64,000 bases of DNA. Source: a virus. Taxonomy: Duplodnaviria > Heunggongvirae > Uroviricota > Caudoviricetes. Where the stretch lies: the IMG/VR virus record IMGVR_UViG_3300009419_001390, one strand, 5' to 3'. The first letter of the stretch is position 1. Each line of letters starts with the position of its first letter. Position numbers and translations under genes: made by a program. Below, piece by piece: positions 1 through 8,882 of this stretch. The notes beneath the pieces were generated by a model, which worked only from the letters and a program-made list of their open reading frames with translations, had not been told where the DNA came from and made no database searches.

Positions 1-1
1 T

Positions 2-1123
2 CTGATTGACACTGCTTGTGCCAAGGCCAAAATCTATCAAACAAACTGGACTGTGAGCAAAAGAAACATTATTGATTGCTTGAGTAAGTTTACCAAAATT
101 CCGGTTGAGCAATTGGCTAGCGAAACCGAAGGTGATCATTCTGCTGTGCAAGGACTTGAAGCTAAAATTAAAGTTAAACTTTACGGTCAAGACTCTGCAA
201 TTGAACAAGTGCTAGAACGTATCTATGTCAGCCGTGCTGGACTCAAAGCATTGAACAAACCCATTGGTAGCTTTTTGTTTACTGGACCAACTGGTGTTGG
301 TAAAACTGAGCTTGCTAAGTTGTTGGCCGAAAATCTTGGGATGAAACTACTAAGATATGATATGAGTGAATACCAAGAGAAGCACAGTGTGGCTAAACTT
401 ATTGGTGCTCCACCCGGATATGTAGGCTACGACGACAGCAACCTTGGCGGTGGCATGTTGATCAGCGAAGTAGAAAAGAATCCTAACTGTGTTATCTTGT
501 TTGATGAAATTGAAAAAGCACACCCAGACGTTAGCAACATCTTGTTGACTGTGATGGACGAAGGTATTATCACAAGTAGCAATGGCAAAAAAGCAGACTG
601 TCGCAACGCTATCTTGATCATGACTTCTAATCTAGGTGCCGCAGATAACGAACGCAACAACATTGGTTTTGGTAGAGATTTACAAAAAGCCGGCGAAGAC
701 GACAAAGCTGTAAAGAACTTTTTCAAACCAGAGTTTCGCAACAGACTAGATGCTATTTGTAAATTTGATAAACTAGAAAAAAGCAATATGAAAATGATTG
801 TTTCCAAGTTTATCAACGACATGAACGAACTGTTGTTGGAAAAAGGCATACGAGTTAAACTCACCGACACTGCAATTGATCATGTGATTGAACAAGGGTT
901 TGATCCTAAAATGGGTGCAAGGCCTTTGCAAAGAAAAATCAATGATTTGATCAAAGTTCCGTTGAGTCGCAAAATTTTATTCGACCGTATGGGTAGCAAC
1001 ACCACTGTACTGGTTGATTATCAAGACGACAAAATTACTTTTGACACCACTGCCACGCAATTGGCACTAACCCCAAGCATAGACAGCAATGGATATATCG
1101 TACTGGACGGGATTAAATCCTAA
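2..1123 (+). CDS. ClpA/ClpB-family AAA+ chaperone, C-terminal part (5' end outside window)
   Basis: Frame is open from base 2 (LIDTACAKAK). Walker A GPTGVGKTE, DMSEYQEKHSVAKLIGAPPGYVG, Walker B ILFDEIEKAH, FKPEFRNRLD, GARPLQR. Confidence 0.92.
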   Translation: MIDTACAKAKIYQTNWTVSKRNIIDCLSKFTKIPVEQLASETEGDHSAVQGLEAKIKVKLYGQDSAIEQVLERIYVSRAGLKALNKPIGSFLFTGPTGVGKTELAKLLAENLGMKLLRYDMSEYQEKHSVAKLIGAPPGYVGYDDSNLGGGMLISEVEKNPNCVILFDEIEKAHPDVSNILLTVMDEGIITSSNGKKADCRNAILIMTSNLGAADNERNNIGFGRDLQKAGEDDKAVKNFFKPEFRNRLDAICKFDKLEKSNMKMIVSKFINDMNELLLEKGIRVKLTDTAIDHVIEQGFDPKMGARPLQRKINDLIKVPLSRKILFDRMGSNTTVLVDYQDDKITFDTTATQLALTPSIDSNGYIVLDGIKS

Positions 1124-1829
1124 TATTCTGCAACAAGAAACTGTAAAGTTAATGCACGGGCATTATCTCTACAGACTTGCGATCCAAGTGGTCGGATGCA
1201 GTATACTTCGAAACAATCAAGACATTGAAGATGCAATCACGTGGCGAAACAACAAACAACGAGATTACAACTGGGCTGGCAGTTGGCGTAAAAAACCAAT
1301 TGGCAATGATGATTCAAATCTATTGAGAATTATTAAAGAACAGTTGATCTATCATGAATCCAGCCCAAAGGTCAACGGACATGAACTGTTGAAAATACGC
1401 ATCGAAGAACCATATATTCAATTCTACAGTTCACAAGAACAGGTGCTAAAAGATCTGGCCAGTCGACTGTTGTATGGAAACAATTTTCATTTTTACAGTA
1501 TCATGTCTCCTGATTCTGCTGAAAAAGAAAAACTTATTCTAGATGGGTTTACATTGCGTAAGAACAAAGTAAAATGGGCCTATCGAATTCTCATGCGAGA
1601 TGGAAAGTACAGTTTGGAAAACAAAGGACAAATTGCGGCCTATTTGAAAAATCTCGGCGATGATATCAAAGTGCCCAATGGCCTTTGGGACCAATTGGAA
1701 AAAGGCAGCTGGATCTGGGGAGGTTATATTTACGTACACGATAAAAATATTGCTACTGTTTTGGGCATGATGGACCCAAGACTGATTGCAAAGATAGAAG
1801 AATTCAAAAGCCTGATTGATGAAGAATAA
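1089..1829 (+). CDS. hypothetical protein
   Basis: 246-aa ORF overlapping the Clp gene end; no motif recognised. Confidence 0.7.
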   Translation: MDISYWTGLNPNILQQETVKLMHGHYLYRLAIQVVGCSILRNNQDIEDAITWRNNKQRDYNWAGSWRKKPIGNDDSNLLRIIKEQLIYHESSPKVNGHELLKIRIEEPYIQFYSSQEQVLKDLASRLLYGNNFHFYSIMSPDSAEKEKLILDGFTLRKNKVKWAYRILMRDGKYSLENKGQIAAYLKNLGDDIKVPNGLWDQLEKGSWIWGGYIYVHDKNIATVLGMMDPRLIAKIEEFKSLIDEE

Positions 1830-1832
1830 ATA
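1826..1832 (+). promoter_or_regulatory. T4-type late promoter core (ATAAATA)
   Basis: The same motif recurs at gene boundaries throughout the window and resembles the T4 TATAAATA late promoter. Confidence 0.55.
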
Positions 1833-1855
1833 CTACTATTATTCCGGAGGCAATT

Positions 1856-2020
1856 ATGGCCAAAATACATGAAGAAGTTGTAGTTATTAAACTCAGCAAA
1901 CTTGTCAAAGACGATGAAACTGTAGATAATATTGCTACCTCAGATATTGTTGCCGCACTTGAACAAGTGGCACAAGAACTCGTTGGTACTGGTGCAGTGG
2001 TTGAAGCTCAACTGGCTTAA
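1856..2020 (+). CDS. small hypothetical protein (54 aa, MAKIHEEVVVIKLSKLVKD...; not in ORF track)
   Basis: GGAGG RBS before ATG 1856; open to TAA at 2018-2020; fills the intergenic gap. Confidence 0.8.
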   Translation: MAKIHEEVVVIKLSKLVKDDETVDNIATSDIVAALEQVAQELVGTGAVVEAQLA

Positions 2021-2044
2021 TTTACTGCCCCAGGCCTGTTAACA

Positions 2045-2051
2045 TTAAATA
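2045..2051 (+). promoter_or_regulatory. late promoter core (TTAAATA)
   Basis: Intergenic, upstream of RBS GAGGA and ATG 2080. Confidence 0.45.
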
Positions 2052-2079
2052 CTTAAACTGATTTTCAAAGAGGATACAC

Positions 2080-3024
2080 ATGTCAGATCAAAACCAACCC
2101 CGCAAGGGCAAAAAAATTGTTATTCCTGGCCCAACAGCCAGTCAACCAACGTTCACGCCAGGTACAAGCGGCCCAAATCAGGCGCCAGTTGGTGCTGCCG
2201 AACAAAGACGTGTGCTGGATGAAATTGCCAAAGTAGCGCAAACTCAAGGTGCCGTTGGTACTGCACCAGGTCAAACTGGCGTACCATTCGACTTCACCAA
2301 ATGTCATTTGCACATTGGTATCCCATGCTACGGTGGCATGGTAAGTGAGCCAACAATGACTTCATTCTTGCGTTTCACATTGCTGGCACAGCAAGTGGGC
2401 TTGAACTGGAGTCTGGACACAATGGTCAATGAATCATTGATTCCACGTGGTCGTAACAACTTGATGGCCAAGATGATGACCAATACTGCATCAACACACT
2501 TTATGTTTATTGATGCTGATATTCGTTTCCAGCCTGAAAGCATTTTGCAAATGATAGCTTATGACAAAGAAGTCATTGGTGGCTTGTATCCCAAAAAAGC
2601 CCTGCCAATCAACTACGTTATTAACTTGAAGCCACAGGTTACTGTGCAAGGCGATATCTACACTGTAGACACCATGGGCACAGGCTTCCTGTTGTTCAAG
2701 CGTAGTGTGTACGAAAAACTAATTGCTTCACATCCAGAAACAAAATACGTTGATGATATTGGTCTTGGCAAACAATATGAACCAATGATGTATGCTATTT
2801 TTGATACAGAAATTGATCATCGCGGACACTACCTAAGTGAAGACTGGACATTCTGCCGTCGCTGGCAAGCAATTGGTGGCGAAATTTGGGCACATAGCAA
2901 AACATTGTTGAACCACATTGGTCACTATGAATTCCAAGGTGATATCAGCAAGCTAGACATTACCACAATGGCTCAGCAAGCTCATGCTTCTGCTAACCCA
3001 ACACCAACAGAACGCAAGGGCTAA
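2080..3024 (+). CDS. GT-A fold glycosyltransferase-like protein
   Basis: HIGIPCYGG start of domain, RGRNNL, DxD motif FMFIDADI, GTGFLLFKR, YLSEDWTFC; low-complexity Pro/Gln N-terminus. Confidence 0.7.
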   Translation: MSDQNQPRKGKKIVIPGPTASQPTFTPGTSGPNQAPVGAAEQRRVLDEIAKVAQTQGAVGTAPGQTGVPFDFTKCHLHIGIPCYGGMVSEPTMTSFLRFTLLAQQVGLNWSLDTMVNESLIPRGRNNLMAKMMTNTASTHFMFIDADIRFQPESILQMIAYDKEVIGGLYPKKALPINYVINLKPQVTVQGDIYTVDTMGTGFLLFKRSVYEKLIASHPETKYVDDIGLGKQYEPMMYAIFDTEIDHRGHYLSEDWTFCRRWQAIGGEIWAHSKTLLNHIGHYEFQGDISKLDITTMAQQAHASANPTPTERKG

Positions 3025-3027
3025 CAC

Positions 3028-3555
3028 ATGCTAACCTCAACTGAGGAATTGCATTTCAAGATAGTACTCAGCGGTACTTACTGGACTAAAAAACCAGAGT
3101 TTGAAATTGTATTTGATAATCAGTTGGTGTTAGGTGGAACAATTAATGCGCCGTCTAGCAGCCGAGGAATTGTGCTACTAGACGGCAATTCTATTCAGAA
3201 TACCCCAGAGTACCAACAAACCACACTAGAGACATTTGAATTTTCTCGCAGTGTAACGCCTGGCGAACATATGCTGGCTATACGACTTAAAAACAAAGCA
3301 CTTGGTGACACACGTGGATTTGTACCCGGTGGATGGACTCGAGATTTATTATTGCATGTGGAAAAAATTACTATAAACGATGTTGATTTACACCAACTTA
3401 TTTACAGCGAAAGCATGTACCAGTTTGATGTGCCACAACAGCTAAATGGTACAACTACGGATAGACTAACAAACTGCACAAGTTTAGGATTTAATGGTAC
3501 CTATCAGCTGCCTATTGCTAGTCCATTCTATATTTGGCTGCTTGAACGTCTGTAA
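3028..3555 (+). CDS. hypothetical protein
   Basis: 175-aa ORF abutting the previous gene. Confidence 0.7.
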   Translation: MLTSTEELHFKIVLSGTYWTKKPEFEIVFDNQLVLGGTINAPSSSRGIVLLDGNSIQNTPEYQQTTLETFEFSRSVTPGEHMLAIRLKNKALGDTRGFVPGGWTRDLLLHVEKITINDVDLHQLIYSESMYQFDVPQQLNGTTTDRLTNCTSLGFNGTYQLPIASPFYIWLLERL

Positions 3556-3573
3556 GCCAAACTATAAAACAGC

Positions 3574-3580
3574 ATAAATA
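3574..3580 (+). promoter_or_regulatory. late promoter core (ATAAATA) followed by a 7-bp hairpin (3582-3601)
   Basis: ATAAATA, then GTGATCT-agggta-AGATCAC, then ATG 3604. Confidence 0.55.
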
Positions 3581-3603
3581 AGTGATCTAGGGTAAGATCA
3601 CAC

Positions 3604-6600
3604 ATGTTTATACAGCAATTATTTGAAGGTGAAATCAAACGGGTAATAGTAATTTATCCAGGACGTTTTCAGCCTTTCCATCTTGGGCACAAAGAGGTAT
3701 TTGAGACATTGCAGGCCAAATTTGGCATGGACAATGTTTACATAGGCACGTCAAACAAAACTGATGCTGTTAAAAGTCCTTTTAATTTCAGCGACAAGTT
3801 ACAGTTGATGACCGCCGCAGGTGTGAACAATCATCATGTGATCGAAGTAACTAGTCCTTACATGCCCGATGACTATATTCGTACAATTGGTTTTGACCCA
3901 AAACAAACTGTGATGATATTTGCAGTGGGTGAGCCGGACCTCAAGAGACTAGAAGTTGATGCCAATTATACTGCACTCACCCCAACAGGAAGACCCAGCA
4001 AGATACCCGACGGTAAATCAGTAGGCGATCCAAAACCATTCAAAACATTCCGAAGCCTACAAGACAGTACAACTGCTGATCAACATCAGTATGTGCTCAT
4101 TGTCAACGAACGTGAAAAAGCAGTTGAAGTAAACGGCAAGAAAATTAATGCCAGTCACGGAACACAAGTACGTGAGTTGTGGAACCAAGTACGCAATGAC
4201 CCCAAAGCCAGTGCTCAAGTACTGCAACAACTGTATGGCCGTGCCACTCCAGAACTAGCACATCTTTTTAACAAAATACCAGATTCCAATGCCGCACCTG
4301 CACCAGCACCAGCTGCCGCACCCAAGCTCAAAGCAGTTAAACAACCCCAACCAGCCGCTGACTTAAATGAATTTGCACCACCCGGCGGAGATGACGGCAA
4401 CGATGGATTCAGCGACGAAACATTAAAACGTCTAGCCGCACAGTGGTGGCAAGGTGACGAGGATCCTCGCGTAGAAAAAACACTTGCAGCCGCAGGTTGG
4501 GAAATTGGCCAAGACGAAGGCTACGACAACGGTGGTGTGTTTGTTGTGCAAGCAGGCGACATCAATGGCAACAGCTACATCAGCTGGCCAGCAGAAGAAC
4601 TAGAAGGCCTGGGCGAAGGTGCTATCATTACCAAAGACCAGTTAGTTGATATCTATATCAAAGGTAAAGGTAAAAACAACATGCCAATTCAAAAGAAAGT
4701 TGGCGCACAGATTCCAAACAGCAAAGTAAATGCTTTCATTGCCGCTGTTGCAGACAAGTACGGACTCAATCCAAAAGCATTTGTATACGGTCCTTCCAAT
4801 GGCATGTCTGAGGCCACAGGCGACGAGAAATTTGACAAGTCGATGAGACAAATGACTGGAAAAATTACTCCAGCTGATGCTGACGAGATGTTTCCAACAC
4901 AAGAATTTGAGCCCTATGATCTTGATCCATCGCGTGTGCCAAACGAGGAAAAATACAAGGCAAAGTTATTTCCATTGGCTTACCAGTACTGGACTGACGG
5001 TGACAATGCAGATGAATTAAGAAAATTAGGATGGGAGCCTGAATACGGCGATGACTATGTTATGGTAGTGCTGTATGGCATTGGGCACGATGGCCATATT
5101 CAATACGACAAATATGATTTTGATGCTGAAGGCAATGACAGTGTCAATGAAGATGCCGCAGGTGTTGGCGTAGTTGCCAGTAAAAAACAAAAGAACGATC
5201 CTCGATACAGCATGAGCTTGACCAAGGATGTACGTCCAGGAGAAGTTGCAAGGAACATGAAAAAATTACATTTAGAAGGCAACCGTGGATACAACCATGG
5301 CTTTGCAAGTCCAACTGCGCCCAGCCTGGGTCGCCGCGGTAGAGAAGATGATGAATACCATGTGCCAGATCCTGCTCCGTCAACTTGGTACATTCGTGCC
5401 AATGGCAAGATCATCAAAGACAAGATGGGCACACCATTTCAATTCCGCGACAAGGAAGCCGCACATAAGTCTGCAATGACCATGATGGCCAAGCCATTCA
5501 ATGCTGGCAAGAAGTTTGTGTTGACTACCCGACCTGAAGATGAGCAAGGTGTAGCGGAAGCAAAACATTTCCGTACTACCTATGGGTGGGCTGGTGGTCG
5601 AAATGAGAAAACTGGAAAGACCTACAAACACCCAGATCAGATCAAAGCCGACAAAGAAGAAAAAAGAAAAGAAAAAGAATTAGAATTAGAAAAAAATAAA
5701 CAACAGACCGTGGCAGAAGACGCAGGGCCAGTTACACATCGTATTGGCGTTACTGTGATTGATCCCAATCACCCTATGGTCAGCAAGCGCAAAGAAGCTA
5801 TTCAAAAATCAATTCGCATCACGCAAACTTCTCGTATTGATAGAGAAGCAGCCATTAACCAAGCTATTGCACACTATCGCCGCAAAGGTTACAAAGTATT
5901 AGATCACCACTACATGGGCACAGTTGATGCAACAGTAGCAGAAGGTGCAGAACTAAAGCAAGCCAAACGCAAGTACAACCAAGCGGCCAAGGATGCTAAC
6001 TTAGACCAAGTGGGCGCAGGCAAGAAGATTGATACAATGAAGAAAAGTCTGCGTCAAAAGGACCTAGACAATAAAAAAGAAATTGAAGAAGGTGCTACAG
6101 GTGCCAAGCCAGGTTGGATGCTGAGACAAGATCCAGCATTGGCCAAGAAAGTCAAAGACTCCAAGGCAGGCCACCAAGCACTGAAGAAGTGGGCAGGCAA
6201 ACCTGTGCCCAAAGATGACAAGCAAGATGTAGCGGAAGCAACTGGTGATCAGAAATTTGACACCATGATGAATAAAATGACCACTGGTGCAATGGATCGT
6301 GAATTTACTCTAGTTACGGAGCTAGGCAAACTAGGCCAACGAATTGTGCAAAATCCCAAACTTTGGGCTAGATACCAAGAAGAAAATGACAGCGGCGATC
6401 CCGATTGGATCATCAGTTTAATAATGGACGGAACTGGTGCCACTTTTGAAGAAGTGTCACATCTCAGCGACCTGTTCGGCGAAATAGGCGGCGGCATGGG
6501 ACGCATTATTGATTTTGCTTGGTCGGTGAAAGAAGGACACTGGGAAGAAGATTTCCTTAACCCATATAGACAACACAGAAGTCAAGGCGTGGCGGAAAGC

Positions 6601-7356
6601 ATGTTTGATATTGATGATAAAATCAAAGGGCAGATTCAAAATATAACTACTGAGATCAGCGACATTCCTGGTTACTGGGATCATCAGCGTGATACATTTA
6701 CACCGTACGGTGTTGAAGCGTTGGAAAAGGCCCTAGGCAATAATAAAAAATATGTAAAGTATGCTCTTAGTCTAACATCAGATGATTATTATGTAGACGA
6801 AAGTGGTCTTGGACTAGATTACAAGCGCAATCGCTTCAAGTCATTGAACATGCGCGAAAACACAGAAGAGCTGAACATAGGCGATCCTGTCATTATCACA
6901 GGGGATGTGCAATTCAAAGGCAAAACTGGTGACATTGACAGCTTTGGTGACATGAAACGTTTTGTTGTCGTTAACTTGTACAACTATGGTAGGCACAGTT
7001 TTCATTCCAGCGATGTCAGCTCCAATGAATATGTGGATCCAAACGAAATTGACGAAGACATGTATCAGTACAATAAAGAAGATCCATACAACAGCGAGTT
7101 TGCACCACGTGCAGGCATGGGCCGCATGACCTTACGTGGGTGGAAGCAACAAATGATCAAACGCACAGCAGAGCTGGCACAACAAATGTCAGACGCTGGG
7201 CAAGACATTGACAAGGCCGCAATATGGGATCATGTGTACAAAAAGCTCAAGAGCATGAACATGGATCCTATTGCACAAGAAATTGAACAAGCACAAGCAG
7301 AGCTAGAAAAAATTCGTCAGCGTGGCGGTGTGCGTAGCAGGGCATTTAACAAATGA
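3604..7356 (+). CDS. large modular protein: N-terminal HIGH-motif nucleotidyltransferase-like domain plus ~12 short cassettes; probable internal head polyprotein
   Basis: YPGRFQPFHLGH motif; recurring [LVIM]-x-E boundaries (LNE, LGE, MSE, VNE, VAE x5, IEE, IDE); duplicated ATGD(E/Q)KFD..M..MT cassette start. Confidence 0.75.
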   Translation: MFIQQLFEGEIKRVIVIYPGRFQPFHLGHKEVFETLQAKFGMDNVYIGTSNKTDAVKSPFNFSDKLQLMTAAGVNNHHVIEVTSPYMPDDYIRTIGFDPKQTVMIFAVGEPDLKRLEVDANYTALTPTGRPSKIPDGKSVGDPKPFKTFRSLQDSTTADQHQYVLIVNEREKAVEVNGKKINASHGTQVRELWNQVRNDPKASAQVLQQLYGRATPELAHLFNKIPDSNAAPAPAPAAAPKLKAVKQPQPAADLNEFAPPGGDDGNDGFSDETLKRLAAQWWQGDEDPRVEKTLAAAGWEIGQDEGYDNGGVFVVQAGDINGNSYISWPAEELEGLGEGAIITKDQLVDIYIKGKGKNNMPIQKKVGAQIPNSKVNAFIAAVADKYGLNPKAFVYGPSNGMSEATGDEKFDKSMRQMTGKITPADADEMFPTQEFEPYDLDPSRVPNEEKYKAKLFPLAYQYWTDGDNADELRKLGWEPEYGDDYVMVVLYGIGHDGHIQYDKYDFDAEGNDSVNEDAAGVGVVASKKQKNDPRYSMSLTKDVRPGEVARNMKKLHLEGNRGYNHGFASPTAPSLGRRGREDDEYHVPDPAPSTWYIRANGKIIKDKMGTPFQFRDKEAAHKSAMTMMAKPFNAGKKFVLTTRPEDEQGVAEAKHFRTTYGWAGGRNEKTGKTYKHPDQIKADKEEKRKEKELELEKNKQQTVAEDAGPVTHRIGVTVIDPNHPMVSKRKEAIQKSIRITQTSRIDREAAINQAIAHYRRKGYKVLDHHYMGTVDATVAEGAELKQAKRKYNQAAKDANLDQVGAGKKIDTMKKSLRQKDLDNKKEIEEGATGAKPGWMLRQDPALAKKVKDSKAGHQALKKWAGKPVPKDDKQDVAEATGDQKFDTMMNKMTTGAMDREFTLVTELGKLGQRIVQNPKLWARYQEENDSGDPDWIISLIMDGTGATFEEVSHLSDLFGEIGGGMGRIIDFAWSVKEGHWEEDFLNPYRQHRSQGVAESMFDIDDKIKGQIQNITTEISDIPGYWDHQRDTFTPYGVEALEKALGNNKKYVKYALSLTSDDYYVDESGLGLDYKRNRFKSLNMRENTEELNIGDPVIITGDVQFKGKTGDIDSFGDMKRFVVVNLYNYGRHSFHSSDVSSNEYVDPNEIDEDMYQYNKEDPYNSEFAPRAGMGRMTLRGWKQQMIKRTAELAQQMSDAGQDIDKAAIWDHVYKKLKSMNMDPIAQEIEQAQAELEKIRQRGGVRSRAFNK
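5545..6597 (+). repeat. dispersed 15-18 bp repeats encoding Q(G/D)VAE cassette junctions
   Basis: caaggtgtagcggaagca 5545-5562; caagatgtagcggaagca 6223-6240; caaggcgtggcggaa 6583-6597; related aaggtgtagcagaa at 7872-7885. Confidence 0.75.
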
Positions 7357-7679
7357 ACAATCAGGTTCGCATTGATTTTCATGTGTCGTGGAATCTCAGC
7401 AGAGAGAAAATGCTCAAGGATCCTCTTGCCAAAGGTTTGAGGAATTTTGGTCGTTATATCCCTGTTCGCATGTATTTAGAACCTTCAGGCGAAATGTTGT
7501 CTGAACGAATGTTTGACATTAGAGATCCTTACAAGATACATGAAACACATTTTGTAGATCTAGGACTAGGTCGTTGGATTGTGCGTGTTGAAGATTTATC
7601 TGGATGGCTTGATCTTCAAATTGAAAATACCAAATTAAACGGAGTCGATCTGTTTGGCAACGAGTTTACTCTGGGCTAA
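7353..7679 (+). CDS. hypothetical protein
   Basis: 108-aa ORF overlapping the upstream stop by 4 nt. Confidence 0.65.
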   Translation: MNNQVRIDFHVSWNLSREKMLKDPLAKGLRNFGRYIPVRMYLEPSGEMLSERMFDIRDPYKIHETHFVDLGLGRWIVRVEDLSGWLDLQIENTKLNGVDLFGNEFTLG

Positions 7680-7682
7680 ATA
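7676..7682 (+). promoter_or_regulatory. late promoter core (CTAAATA)
   Basis: Overlaps the stop codon, 17 nt upstream of ATG 7700. Confidence 0.5.
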
Positions 7683-7699
7683 CGAAAACGGAACATATT

Positions 7700-8017
7700 A
7701 TGAAGATCAGTGAAATCGTTGCAGAAGCTCGTGCCAACACAGACAGTGCAAGAGCAGGCTTGGCCAAACGCAAAGAAACCAAACCGTTGACGCCCAATGA
7801 GCAAATTGCCAAAGACAAAGCCAAGTCTGACAGGTGGCTAGAAAAAGAACGTGCCAAAATGGCAGCTAAAAAAGGTGTAGCAGAAACCACTGGCTCAAGC
7901 AGTATTGGCAGTGCAATGACTGGTGGCAGTAGTCCCAATGTAGGCACGTTGTTTGGCGGTAGTTACAAACCAAAGACACCGTTTACTGCCAAAAAGAAGA
8001 AAGCTGGTAAAAAATGA
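7700..8017 (+). CDS. small basic protein, probable internal head protein
   Basis: N-terminus MKISEIVAE resembles the T4 capsid-targeting sequence; internal GVAE site. Confidence 0.6.
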   Translation: MKISEIVAEARANTDSARAGLAKRKETKPLTPNEQIAKDKAKSDRWLEKERAKMAAKKGVAETTGSSSIGSAMTGGSSPNVGTLFGGSYKPKTPFTAKKKKAGKK

Positions 8018-8616
8018 GTGATATGCGCAAGCTCTTGGAGAGCATGGACAAGTTCGCAGGCGAGCCTGACCAAAAGCCAGGCGATCAGGTACGTGGCACA
8101 GACAACCCAAAGAAGTCTGGAAAGAAACACGGCTTTGGAGATCGACTGGTAGGTGAGGACGTGGAACAGTATGCACAAGAGCTCATGCTTGAATATCATA
8201 AATTTGCTGTGTTGCCAGAAGATGATGTTCCGGGCAATCCCAATAGTCCTGTTGCTAATATAAATCCAGCTGGACAAGGAACACAAGCCAATGCCGCTGC
8301 CAACGTCAGCGCAGGCACTAGCACTGTGCAACCACAAACACCACTGAACCAACAACCAAATCCTGCACAACAGGCAGCAATGAAACAAAAAGAACAAGGC
8401 GATCTTACAAAAAATATTGCCACATTGAAGACCATGGATCCAACACTGAATGTTGGTAAAATACAACAAGCTCTAAGTAAAGACCCTAGCAAAACCAACT
8501 CAATGGATGCCCAACAACTAGGACAACTTGCAAACACTCTAGAGCCAGTGTTTAAGAATCCACAAGCAATGAGTTCCCTAAGGGGTCAAATACAAAAACT
8601 TACGCCAAAGGTATAA
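8014..8616 (+). CDS. hypothetical protein, possible head-core/internal protein
   Basis: MSDMRKLLES start; Q/P/A-rich linker; coupled to neighbours. Confidence 0.6.
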   Translation: MSDMRKLLESMDKFAGEPDQKPGDQVRGTDNPKKSGKKHGFGDRLVGEDVEQYAQELMLEYHKFAVLPEDDVPGNPNSPVANINPAGQGTQANAAANVSAGTSTVQPQTPLNQQPNPAQQAAMKQKEQGDLTKNIATLKTMDPTLNVGKIQQALSKDPSKTNSMDAQQLGQLANTLEPVFKNPQAMSSLRGQIQKLTPKV

Positions 8617-8618
8617 TC

Positions 8619-8882
8619 ATGTTTGTGTATGAATTGTTTAACTCCGATCTTAATCCTGTCAACGAGAACAATGATTCTCGTAATGCAGTACAAAGTGCAA
8701 TCATACGCAGAATTATGACTCAACATAAAGAAGCGTTGGCTGCGCACGGTCCTGTTGTTATCATGCAGGCCGCAGAAGAAGTTGCTGATAATGTTGGCAA
8801 CGTTGACGAAATTGGCAGCAGTGACATAAGTGCATGGACACGCGAAGCATTAGCAATTTGTAAAGAACTAGGACGTACATGA
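8619..8882 (+). CDS. hypothetical protein, possible internal head protein
   Basis: MFVYELF start resembles MFIQQLFE of the 3604 gene. Confidence 0.6.
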   Translation: MFVYELFNSDLNPVNENNDSRNAVQSAIIRRIMTQHKEALAAHGPVVIMQAAEEVADNVGNVDEIGSSDISAWTREALAICKELGRT

